Shown here one piece after another: positions 1-9,478 of a stretch of DNA of 27,759 nucleotides; the first letter of the stretch is position 1; each line of letters opens with the position of its first letter. The position numbers and the translations under genes are program-made. The DNA is taken from positions 19,852 to 47,610 of the forward strand of contig JBNAVT010000016.1 in NCBI GenBank assembly GCA_049700215.1, given 5' to 3'. Origin of the DNA: Thermoproteota archaeon. Its GTDB lineage: Archaea > Thermoproteota > EX4484-205 > JAAOZP01. The notes beneath the pieces were generated by a model, which saw nothing but the letters and a program-made list of their open reading frames with translations, did no database searches and was not told the DNA's origin.

Positions 1-37
1 GCACAGCGTCACGGTAGTAATGGGAGGGTGAAAGCCC

Positions 38-709
38 TCAGAGGATTTTCATAGCCCACAGTATCCCGCCTGAGAGGTGTTTCCTGAACCATTCTTCACC
101 CCATATTTCCTGAAAGTGGCCGAAAGCAGTGTAGAAAACCCTGCCCTCACCAAACTCGTGGCACCATGCTAAAGCATAATCATTGTCTTCCCTAGTGCCC
201 TTGCTGAGATCCACTGAAGAATTGTCCAGGCTTATCAGCACACGCGTCCTGCTGCGGCTCCAATCCTTGAAAGTATACACTTCCTCCTTAACCTTAAACT
301 TCTCCGGGAGATGCATAGTGGAAGGATGAGTATTGTCCTCGACTTTCACAACAACCTCCTGGGTCCAGGGGTGGCCGTTGAAGTAGCCCCCAATCATCTC
401 GCCGTAGGCGGGAAACTGGTAGAAAGTATCAGCTGCGTTATGGACGCCGATGAAGCCCTTTCCGTTTCTCACGAAATCTATCAGCAGCCTCTTCTGCTCC
501 TCACTCATGGGCAGCTCGCCGGTTGTCATGAAGAGCACTGCTGAAAAAACGCTCAGAAAATTCTCCTTAACGATCGAGCAATCGTCCGTCGAGAAAACGT
601 TGAACCCGTTGGGCTCGCCCAGTTCCTTCAAGGTTTTAACGGCGACGGGAAGATAATCGTGTTTGAAGCCTGCTGAATGCGTTAACACCAGTAGCCTCCT
701 AGACGCCAT
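38..709 (-). CDS. ThuA-like domain protein (class I glutamine amidotransferase-like fold)
   Basis: Motifs LVLTHSAGFKHDY, GKGFIGVHNAADT, EEVYTF, GEGRVFYTAFGH and LSGGILWA are typical of ThuA-domain proteins. ATG at 709 is preferred over TTG at 715. Confidence 0.85.
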   Translation of the reverse strand: MASRRLLVLTHSAGFKHDYLPVAVKTLKELGEPNGFNVFSTDDCSIVKENFLSVFSAVLFMTTGELPMSEEQKRLLIDFVRNGKGFIGVHNAADTFYQFPAYGEMIGGYFNGHPWTQEVVVKVEDNTHPSTMHLPEKFKVKEEVYTFKDWSRSRTRVLISLDNSSVDLSKGTREDNDYALAWCHEFGEGRVFYTAFGHFQEIWGEEWFRKHLSGGILWAMKIL

Positions 710-803
710 GCTCAAGAAGCATATTTTGAAAATTTAAGTCTTACTATAACGTTAAGCATAGGAGGACTATAGACTAATATATTGCTCAGGGCAAAACAGC
801 TTT

Positions 804-1238
804 ATGAACCCGAATGGTGTGGGAGCATGGCTCATATTAGCATTCCTCTCCGCCTTCTTCGCAGCGCTCGTAACAATATTCGGTAAAATAGGGTTGAAGA
901 CTGTTGACTCAACCGTGGCTGCCGGAGTCAGGGCAGTAATAATGGCTGCGACAATGATTGGAATAATGATCCTTCTCGGAAGAACCTCGCAAGTAGCAGA
1001 GTTAACGCAGAGAGACATGTTTTTCATAATACTTAGCGGGGTGAGCGGCGCGCTCTCATGGGTTTTCTACTTCGCCGCCTTAAAGCTGGCAGACGCCTCC
1101 AAGGTCGCAACCATAGACAGGACAAGCATACTCTTCATAATAGTGCTTTCATACCTAGTACTCGGCGAAGAAATTTCCCTTAAAACCGCCGCAGCCGGAA
1201 TACTTGTTTTCCTAGGAGCCCTGATACTAATGATTTGA
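804..1238 (+). CDS. EamA/DMT family small membrane transporter (single-repeat, ~5 TM)
   Basis: 144-aa hydrophobic protein with SAFFAALVTIFGKIGL..VDS, SGVSGALSWVFYFAALK..ASKVATIDR and LGEEIS. Confidence 0.85.
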   Translation: MNPNGVGAWLILAFLSAFFAALVTIFGKIGLKTVDSTVAAGVRAVIMAATMIGIMILLGRTSQVAELTQRDMFFIILSGVSGALSWVFYFAALKLADASKVATIDRTSILFIIVLSYLVLGEEISLKTAAAGILVFLGALILMI

Positions 1239-1284
1239 ACACGCGAGGCTAAACGGGGAGAGCCTAAACCCTCCTGCGGACGGT

Positions 1285-2913
1285 TCAGTGCCAGCCGTAG
1301 AGCCGCATTATAAACGGTGTGACGAACGTCTCTATCAAGCCTGCTACGATGAAGATGGGCACTAGGCCTAGAACAATGTAGACCGTTCTTCTTAAAGCCC
1401 TGTGAAAACCAGGGTCTGAGCTAACGCTTCTCCTCTTTAAAGCCTTCAGAAACTCTACTCCCAAGCTTAACCCGGCTGAGCCGGCGATCAGGAAGGCGGG
1501 AAGCTCTATTACGCCGTGTGGAAATACTGCTGCCAGGAACATTACCAGGTTTTGAACAATATCTTCAACCACCCCTAGGATGAACCCGTTGAAAACAAGC
1601 GTTGCTAGCACCGGAGCTGTGAATATGATTCCGGATAGGGCTGTGGCCAGTGAAACCTGCCAGTTATGGAAGGATATGTCGAGAGCCAGGAAAGGCAGGC
1701 TGAAGGCTGATTCGAAAAGAGTGTTTACCTCCCCCGGCACGTATCCTAGGGAGTAGACTATCTGCCTAATCCCTGAGGAGGATAACTGTTTTCCGAGGAC
1801 CACGCCCAGGGAGAAGACTACTGCTGAGGAAAAGTGGAAAACCATGTTCTTGGGCTCAGCCAGAAAGCCGGCGAGCTCGCTTAAACCCTTCCTAACCCTT
1901 TCTAACCCAGTTTTCAAAACATGCTGTAACACATCTTTCGAAACAGGGGGGCCGACTGGAAGAGGGGCGGCGAAGGATTCAGGCTTCCCCTTTAGAAAAA
2001 GCATCGTCTTGAATATGTGGAAAACCGGTGTTACAAGGAAGCTTAGAACCACCGTCGCGATTGAAGAGAGCTGAATGCCTAGCAGGCCTGCTAGGAACGC
2101 GGCAACAGTTATCGACAACGCGGATAAGACCCTTAGGATGCAGTATGCCACCGTGTCCGCAGGGAGCCTTAAGCATGTCCCGATGCTTCCCCTCACAGCG
2201 CTGAAACCGTAAGCACCTTCTGCGGCTGCAGGATAAGCGTAGACTGTTAAAACCGTCAAGACCACTGTGAAGATTAACGCGAGTATCGCGAGACCAAGCC
2301 ATAGAAACACCCTGCTTACAATAGTCGAAGAATCCGGGCCCGCGGAAAACAGTCTTAAAACATCCGACAGTATTAAGGCTGAAACAATTAACAGTGGAAG
2401 AATCTTTATCGTTTCAACAACCAGTACTGTCCAAGCCATCTTAACCCACTTAAGCCTCATCTCTTCGAAAACGTCTTCCGTTGAAAGCCCGCCCTTTCGC
2501 AGAAGACGATGGTAAGAACCGTATTCAGCGGAGTTCAGAAAACCGCCAGCCAGGATTGACACAAGGAAGAAGACGAATACGGATACTGCAGCCGCGATTA
2601 TGATTATCGGCACTACCGGGGATAGTGTTGAAACCAGTCTGGAAACGTCTCCAGACCCTATTGACTCTGCAATCGCCCTGAGAACCCCTGCTGCCGCGAG
2701 CTGCACTAGGCTTGCTATGAGGGTGACGACGACTATGGATTGCTTCAAAATGTCTACGGCGCTGCTCAGAATCACCGGGAGTATTGAGGAAGGGTTAAGC
2801 CTCCAGAGCCAGTAGGACACGTTGAACAGGCTTTCCAGAGGAGCGTGTTTAACCAGCAACGGGTAGGGTGGCGAAGGAAGCTCTAGAGGCGGCTCCGGCT
2901 GCGGGAGGCTCAC
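1285..2913 (-). CDS. Integral membrane protein: N-terminal multi-TM domain fused to a C-terminal SpoIIM (stage II sporulation M/DUF95) domain
   Basis: C-terminal motifs ISFHNWQV, LVFNGFILG, PHGVIELPA and AGLIETFVTP match SpoIIM. GTG at 2913 was chosen because a TATATA element lies ~25 nt upstream; the ORF track starts at 2970. Confidence 0.75.
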   Translation of the reverse strand: MSLPQPEPPLELPSPPYPLLVKHAPLESLFNVSYWLWRLNPSSILPVILSSAVDILKQSIVVVTLIASLVQLAAAGVLRAIAESIGSGDVSRLVSTLSPVVPIIIIAAAVSVFVFFLVSILAGGFLNSAEYGSYHRLLRKGGLSTEDVFEEMRLKWVKMAWTVLVVETIKILPLLIVSALILSDVLRLFSAGPDSSTIVSRVFLWLGLAILALIFTVVLTVLTVYAYPAAAEGAYGFSAVRGSIGTCLRLPADTVAYCILRVLSALSITVAAFLAGLLGIQLSSIATVVLSFLVTPVFHIFKTMLFLKGKPESFAAPLPVGPPVSKDVLQHVLKTGLERVRKGLSELAGFLAEPKNMVFHFSSAVVFSLGVVLGKQLSSSGIRQIVYSLGYVPGEVNTLFESAFSLPFLALDISFHNWQVSLATALSGIIFTAPVLATLVFNGFILGVVEDIVQNLVMFLAAVFPHGVIELPAFLIAGSAGLSLGVEFLKALKRRSVSSDPGFHRALRRTVYIVLGLVPIFIVAGLIETFVTPFIMRLYGWH

Positions 2914-3151
2914 AGTATAATGATTGTTGAGAAAGTATATAGTCTTTATGGCTTGGCGTGAGGGCGGCAAGCATTCTGGGTTCTCCGGACTGTCTCAGGA
3001 AGCCTTAGACAGTCGTGAACCACGGTGTCTGTAGCCGATTCAAGCAGTCTCAGGGAGCCCTTGAAAAAGTTTCAGGACTATTCGAGGAGAAGCGTGGTTT
3101 AGGGCCAACGGCCCAGCCTGGGTAAGGTTGATAAGCCGCTGAATCAAACTG

Positions 3152-3595
3152 ATGGTTGAAATGGGTGAGCAGCGTCAAACAGGCATTCTAAACCGCTTAA
3201 AAAACTGGTTTAAACATATTCCGCTGGCTGTGGGACTGCTTGTCTTCTACTCCTACGGTTTCCTATGGACATTGAAGCCACGGAGAATCAGGACGATGAA
3301 GGACGTTTTCGAGCTATTCTATATTCGTTTCCTCAGGCTGGAAAGAGAGCACGTGGAGATACTGGAGTTGACGGATAGAGAACTTGTAACGGTTTCAAGA
3401 AACCCGTGTCCAATACTCGGGCTCACACGAATCCTCGGAATGGATACAAGGTATACGTGTAGACTAGTCTCCGAGACAGTCTGCAGACACGTGCTTAAAC
3501 GCATGGACCCCAGGCTGGTTTTTGAAAGAGACTACAGCCACATCAGACCCTATAGGGACGGTTGCCTTGAAAGGATACTTTTAGAGGACACTTAA
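3152..3595 (+). CDS. Hypothetical protein with one N-terminal hydrophobic segment and a Cys-containing V4R/ATC-hydrolase-like domain
   Basis: 147-aa ORF with RNPCPI, TCRLVSETVC and GCLERI. The Cys spacing recalls V4R-like small-ligand/metal-binding domains, but the fold call is inference. Confidence 0.55.
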   Translation: MVEMGEQRQTGILNRLKNWFKHIPLAVGLLVFYSYGFLWTLKPRRIRTMKDVFELFYIRFLRLEREHVEILELTDRELVTVSRNPCPILGLTRILGMDTRYTCRLVSETVCRHVLKRMDPRLVFERDYSHIRPYRDGCLERILLEDT

Positions 3596-3664
3596 CCATA
3601 TTGAAGCTTAGCTATCTTAATTAACTTGAAAGCTTATGGGAAAAACAAGGATCTAGAAATAGTT

Positions 3665-4711
<1,047 letters not shown>

Positions 4712-4792
4712 TCAGGGTGTTTAAAAACTTAACGCAGATTCCACTATTGCTGAGTAAACTCTTTAATCTTAATCTATGCGAACACTTTGCTC

Positions 4793-5635
4793 ATGAGCGC
4801 CAGCGTCGAGGAGATTGTTAGGAGACGGGTTTTAAGAGAGGTTGAGAAATACCCGTTTTTCAGGAGGGCTGCTATCGCCCTCTCGGGTGGGAAGGACAGT
4901 GGGAGCCTTCTTCACGTTTTCAGAGAAGTGTACCCAGATAAAGAGGTTATTCCCATCCATCTGAATCTTGGCATAGGCGGCTTCTCAGAGGCCTCTGAAC
5001 GTTTTGCAAGAATGCAGGCTGAAAAGGCTGGTCTCCAGCTTATGGTTTTCAACATTCAGAAGGAGCTTGGCTTAACAATCATTGATGCGGCTAAGGTTTA
5101 CCCGAAGGTTTGCAGCGTCTGCGGAGGTTTTAAAAGATACCTTTTCAACAAGGTTGCCTACGAGCTTGACGCTGAAATTATTCTGACGGCTCACCAGCTG
5201 GAAGATTTTCTAGTAAGGATGTTGAAGTCTGTTTTGAACGCTGGGTTTGAGGAGCTCGCTAGGTTTAAAACATATCTCCCAAGGAATGGAAACCTGGTTG
5301 CTAAAGGCAGGCCGTTCTGCAGGGTTCCGGAGAAGCTCATAATGAAGTATGCCTCCGTCACGGGCATTCCGTTTTTACCTGAGAAATGCCCTCTTGGGAG
5401 AAAGGAGAATGTTGAAAGATTCAGGAAGGCGGTTGAAATCCTCGCTTGGAGGCAGAGTCAGAAGCTTCTTTACTTCTCGTCGTTGACGAAGCTGGCTGAG
5501 AAGCTTCAGAGCAGTGGAGCCATGCCTGTTTCAGAGTTGAGGCCCTGCTCGTCCTGCGGCTTTCTCGCTTCAAGCGAAACATGCTCGTTCTGCGCGAGGG
5601 TGAGAAAGATCAGGGCTTTCCTAGGCAGGAATTAG
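4793..5635 (+). CDS. TtuA/TtcA/Ncs6-family PP-loop tRNA sulfurtransferase-like protein
   Basis: PP-loop ALSGGKDS, CSVC, TAHQLED, KCP and a C-terminal Zn ribbon CSSC-x8-CSFC. ATG at 4793 lies ~25 nt after a TATA-like CTTTAATC. Confidence 0.85.
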   Translation: MSASVEEIVRRRVLREVEKYPFFRRAAIALSGGKDSGSLLHVFREVYPDKEVIPIHLNLGIGGFSEASERFARMQAEKAGLQLMVFNIQKELGLTIIDAAKVYPKVCSVCGGFKRYLFNKVAYELDAEIILTAHQLEDFLVRMLKSVLNAGFEELARFKTYLPRNGNLVAKGRPFCRVPEKLIMKYASVTGIPFLPEKCPLGRKENVERFRKAVEILAWRQSQKLLYFSSLTKLAEKLQSSGAMPVSELRPCSSCGFLASSETCSFCARVRKIRAFLGRN

Positions 5636-5731
5636 GCATAATGGCTTTCACGAATACTCGTGTTAAGCCGGTTTCTAAGCAATTCTTTAAATACGTTGCT
5701 TGCCTAAACATTTTTGGAAGCGGGATACTAC

Positions 5732-6832
5732 ATGAGGATCGCCTTCGTTTATGACGCAGTGTATCCCTGGATTAAAGGCGGTGTAGAGAGGAGAATATAC
5801 GAGATTGGGAGGAGGCTATCCCGCCGGCATGAGGTGCACTGGTTCGGCTTAGAGTGGTGGGGCGGTGGAGAGAGGGATATTGACGGTATTCGGCTTCACG
5901 GAGTTGGAGTAGGAAGACCGCTTTACGTTAATGGGAAGCGGTCGATAAGCGAGGCCTTATACTTCGGGCTTAAGCTGTTCTCCGGATTCAAGCATGGTGT
6001 TGACTTCATAGATGTTCAAGCGTTCCCATACTTCTCCTGCTTCGCCTCTAAGGCCCGCTCCATGACGACACGAGCACGCATGGCAGTGACGTGGCACGAG
6101 CTTTGGGGAAGCTACTGGTTTGAATACTTGGGTATTAAGGGGCTCGCGGGCTGGGCTGTTGAAAGAGCCCTCCCCAAGCTTACATCTACGCATATTGCTG
6201 TATCAAGCGTGACGAGGAGAAGACTGGAGGCAGTTGGTGTTCAAGCCGAGGTGATCCCAAACGGAATAGACTTTGAGCATATAGCGAGAGTTAACAGAAG
6301 TTGCGAGGAGTCCGACCTTGTTTTCGCAGGAAGGCTGGTGAAAGAGAAGAATGTTGACTTGATTATAAGGGCTGTTAGGATTCTGAAGGACAGTGTTCCT
6401 GACGTTAAATGCGTAATAATAGGCGACGGGCCGGAGAAACAGGCTCTAGTAAGACTATCAGACCGCCTTGGAGTAGGCGGGAACATTGTGTTTAAAGGAT
6501 TCCTTGATAATCATGACGATGTTATAGCCTGCATAAAGTCTTCCAAGGTTTTTATACTCCCCTCAACCCGGGAGGGTTTTGGAATCGTTGTGCTAGAGGC
6601 GAACGCGTGCGGAATCCCTGTCGTCACTGTTAGGCATGAGAGAAACGCTGCTTGCAGCCTAGTGGAAGAGGGTTTAAACGGTTTCACATGCCCTGTTTCA
6701 CCCGAGAAAATCGCGGAGAAAACCCTGGAAGCCATGTGTAGAAACATGAGGCAGGAGTGTTTTAACAACGCTTCCAAGTATGACTGGAGCAAAATAGTAA
6801 ACCTTTACGAGAATCTTCTGAAAAGGGTCTAA
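5732..6832 (+). CDS. Glycosyltransferase family 4 (GT-B fold)
   Basis: MRIAFVYDAVYPWIKGGVERR, IPNGID, FAGRLVKEKN and the E-x7-E motif REGFGIVVLEANACG. Confidence 0.93.
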   Translation: MRIAFVYDAVYPWIKGGVERRIYEIGRRLSRRHEVHWFGLEWWGGGERDIDGIRLHGVGVGRPLYVNGKRSISEALYFGLKLFSGFKHGVDFIDVQAFPYFSCFASKARSMTTRARMAVTWHELWGSYWFEYLGIKGLAGWAVERALPKLTSTHIAVSSVTRRRLEAVGVQAEVIPNGIDFEHIARVNRSCEESDLVFAGRLVKEKNVDLIIRAVRILKDSVPDVKCVIIGDGPEKQALVRLSDRLGVGGNIVFKGFLDNHDDVIACIKSSKVFILPSTREGFGIVVLEANACGIPVVTVRHERNAACSLVEEGLNGFTCPVSPEKIAEKTLEAMCRNMRQECFNNASKYDWSKIVNLYENLLKRV

Positions 6833-6857
6833 AGTACCATGGGCAACGGGTTGTTTC

Positions 6858-7271
6858 CTACTGGTGCTTCTCCCTAGAGATCTTTAAAACGGTGCTTGTG
6901 TTAAGGTATGGCGGGACCCTGCCGGCCAGGAGCATGGAGCAAACCTCTGAGCCAAGCCCTTTTGAAACAATCCTGTTGAACGCCCTCCACGTTAAAACAG
7001 ATACTGCAAGCATTTTCCTCGTGTCCACAAGGAGAACTCTCCACTTCCTGCAAAAGTTTGCAGCATCCATAGAAACCTCCACCCTGCCGAGGTGCGTCGC
7101 CCTAACATACATTCCCCGTCTAGACCTTACTCTGGCTCTCGACAATGCCACTACGCATATGAACTCCCTGTTCCCGGGACTGATCCTCCAGTATTTATCA
7201 TGCTTTACAGCGTTTACAAGGTCCTCCGCCTCCTTCTTCGTCAAGCCTTTGAAAACACTATTCTTGAACAT
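6858..7271 (-). CDS. Hypothetical basic protein
   Basis: 137-aa ATG ORF filling the gap downstream of the co-oriented TrmB gene. No recognised motif. Confidence 0.6.
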   Translation of the reverse strand: MFKNSVFKGLTKKEAEDLVNAVKHDKYWRISPGNREFICVVALSRARVRSRRGMYVRATHLGRVEVSMDAANFCRKWRVLLVDTRKMLAVSVLTWRAFNRIVSKGLGSEVCSMLLAGRVPPYLNTSTVLKISREKHQ

Positions 7272-7319
7272 CTTGATTCACGAGAGCTGGAAATAGATGA
7301 TGCGTGCCCAGGGCAATCC

Positions 7320-8534
7320 TTAAGAAGACTGTAGCTCAACCACCCTGATCCCGTAGAAACTGGCTAGTTGCCTCGCGTCATCCGTCAGCTTCGGCTTAAC
7401 TATTAAAGTCGACCCGTTAATCATCTCTTCAACATCATTCCTCTTAGTGTAGAAGCCAACTATGGATGTGACTGAAACATCAGTCACGTCGAAAACAATG
7501 TCGCAGACAATCGGCTTATCCCCGTTTAAAACACCTATGTCGAACACATGCGTGATTCCAGATTTACCGGTTATCTTAATGTCCTTCTCAACCTGCAGCC
7601 CAACTATTGAAAGGTATTGAGAAAGCTGTTTTTTGAAAGAAGCATACTCCTCCTCCCTCATCTTCAACTCCTGCTCAACCGGGAGCATCCTAGCCGATAC
7701 TTCCTCGGGCTGCATCATGCTTCTAAACAGCTTCTTGAGAGACTGTACTAAGGCATCGCTATTAGTCCAGATCGCAGTGGCCTCCTTTCTCTCAGCCCGG
7801 CTTACACCCGGCGGCTTAGTGAACAGGAGGAGCTGCTTATTATCAATGATTACGAAGCACGGTGCTGAAAGGCTCATCGTCTTAACCTCAATCACCTCGG
7901 CATGTTTCTTGAGAAACGACGTGATGCTCGATGCGCCTGAAATACCGTGTGTAAGTATCTGGATGCGAACATTATCTTTGCCCAAGTTGCGAAGCTTCTG
8001 AAGGATCCCCGCGTTATACGCTCTGACGAGCTCAGTCCTGAAAGCCACGATGTTAACCTCCTCCTTAGCCTCGTCAAGCATGTCTGCAAACCTGGCGTAA
8101 ATCTGCTCTATCCCCTTTAAAAGCTGAAGCTTCTCCTGCTCCTCCACTTTAGAAGGTACGCGGACCGTCTTCCATATTTCCATAAGCTCCTCCTTGCTTT
8201 TCTCCATCGTCATCACCCTTCTCTTCTCAGCCTCTATCAGAATGTCTAGAGCCTTTTCGAAGCCTATCGCTGAAAATTTGGCGGGACGATCCAGGCTGGC
8301 TTCAATAATACCCTTGTTCTGGAGGCTTGTCAGTATGTTGTACACCTCTGTCCTGGAAATGCCTAGTGATAACCCTATTTCACTGGCCTTCATCGGCCCT
8401 AGTTTTAAAAGATGCATGAAAACCTTGGCCTCATTATCCGTTAAACCGTATTCGCCAAGCTCCTCCTGAAGCTTTTCAAACTCTTGAGATCCCCCTTCTA
8501 AAGCAATGCGACTCTCGCCGTCGGTGGAAGCCAT
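7320..8534 (-). CDS. TrmB-family transcriptional regulator with a C-terminal restriction-endonuclease-like (PD-(D/E)XK fold) domain
   Basis: N-terminal wHTH GLTDNEAKVF..SEIGLSLGISRTEVYNILTSLQNKGII, a PLD-like effector domain (AKEEVNIV, FVIIDNKQLLL, AIWTNS) and C-terminal ITGKSGITHVFDI...ARQLASFYGIRVVE. Confidence 0.85.
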   Translation of the reverse strand: MASTDGESRIALEGGSQEFEKLQEELGEYGLTDNEAKVFMHLLKLGPMKASEIGLSLGISRTEVYNILTSLQNKGIIEASLDRPAKFSAIGFEKALDILIEAEKRRVMTMEKSKEELMEIWKTVRVPSKVEEQEKLQLLKGIEQIYARFADMLDEAKEEVNIVAFRTELVRAYNAGILQKLRNLGKDNVRIQILTHGISGASSITSFLKKHAEVIEVKTMSLSAPCFVIIDNKQLLLFTKPPGVSRAERKEATAIWTNSDALVQSLKKLFRSMMQPEEVSARMLPVEQELKMREEEYASFKKQLSQYLSIVGLQVEKDIKITGKSGITHVFDIGVLNGDKPIVCDIVFDVTDVSVTSIVGFYTKRNDVEEMINGSTLIVKPKLTDDARQLASFYGIRVVELQSS

Positions 8535-8689
8535 CGCTGGATATAAGCATATGTGTGTCAACGGCACTAATTAAGCTTTTTTAAAAAGCCTGGGAAATAT
8601 GCCTATCAATCTTTAGATCCTCAGTCCATAAAGGCTGAGAATGCTTAACGCAAAACCCTTAAGTATTGAAGCCCGGCTCATGCTTAAGG

Positions 8690-9478
8690 ATGATCGGGTT
8701 AATCCTGGCGGCTGGAAAGGGCACTAGAATGCGGCCTTATTCCAACGCGATAAACAAGGAGATGTCCCTAATCGGGGAGAGCCCCGTAATAGAGTATAAC
8801 GTGAAGGCTCTTGCAGACGCCGGAATTAGAAAGGCTTTCATAGTGCTCGGAGAAGGCAAGTGGCAGATATTCGAGTACCTTAGGGACGGCTCCAGGTTTA
8901 ACATTGCACTCTCCTACATTTATCAAGACCTGGGTGAGAAGGAGGAGAAAAAGGGTACGGCGAAGGCGATACAGGTTGCTGAGGAATGGGTTAACGATGA
9001 TTTCATAGTTATCTATGGCGACTCGTTTTTCTACCCGTATGATTTCCTCAGGAGCGAGATTGAGCTCCACCTGAGGGAGAAAGCTGATGTCACAATGGGG
9101 ATCTACATGATGAAAGAGTATAAGGATTACGGTATTGTTCAGACTCACGGCAGGAGGGTTGTCGACATTCTGGAGAAGGCGACTGAGGAAGAGGCGGAGA
9201 AGACTAAGGTCAACGACATGTTTGCAGTCAACTCTGGCCCACTGGTTTTCACGCGTGAAGTCTTCCCCTATATTAAGAGGACTCCTGTTTCGCCAGCCGG
9301 AGAATACTGGATAACTGACACAATCAGGCTGATGATTAAAGACGGTAGGAAAGTATTGGCGTACAGGATACCCGAGGGAGTCTTCTGGAGGGACATTGGG
9401 AGAATGAAGCACAGAATGGAGGCTGAAGCATACCTCTTAAGCAAGCATTCTGACTATAACATGCTAAACAGGAAGTGA
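8690..9478 (+). CDS. Sugar-phosphate nucleotidyltransferase (RmlA/GalU-like NTP_transferase)
   Basis: GLILAAGKGTRMRP..NKEM, GTAKAI, YGDS, EK, GEYWITD and WRDIG. Confidence 0.92.
   Translation: MIGLILAAGKGTRMRPYSNAINKEMSLIGESPVIEYNVKALADAGIRKAFIVLGEGKWQIFEYLRDGSRFNIALSYIYQDLGEKEEKKGTAKAIQVAEEWVNDDFIVIYGDSFFYPYDFLRSEIELHLREKADVTMGIYMMKEYKDYGIVQTHGRRVVDILEKATEEEAEKTKVNDMFAVNSGPLVFTREVFPYIKRTPVSPAGEYWITDTIRLMIKDGRKVLAYRIPEGVFWRDIGRMKHRMEAEAYLLSKHSDYNMLNRK

Noticed and set aside
2948-3034. 28-codon ORF MAWREGG... in the intergenic region
   Set aside because: No ribosome-binding site or motif support.
6892-7296. 134-aa + strand ORF
   Set aside because: Antisense to the 6858-7271 ORF, which has an ATG start, a more protein-like composition and is co-oriented with TrmB. 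Not fully excluded.
8575-8589. Palindrome GCTTTTTTAAAAAGC upstream of TrmB
   Set aside because: Low complexity and overlapping TATA-like sequence; too weak to call an operator.
8768-9412. 214-aa ORF antisense to the nucleotidyltransferase
   Set aside because: Fully overlaps a clear gene and has no motifs.
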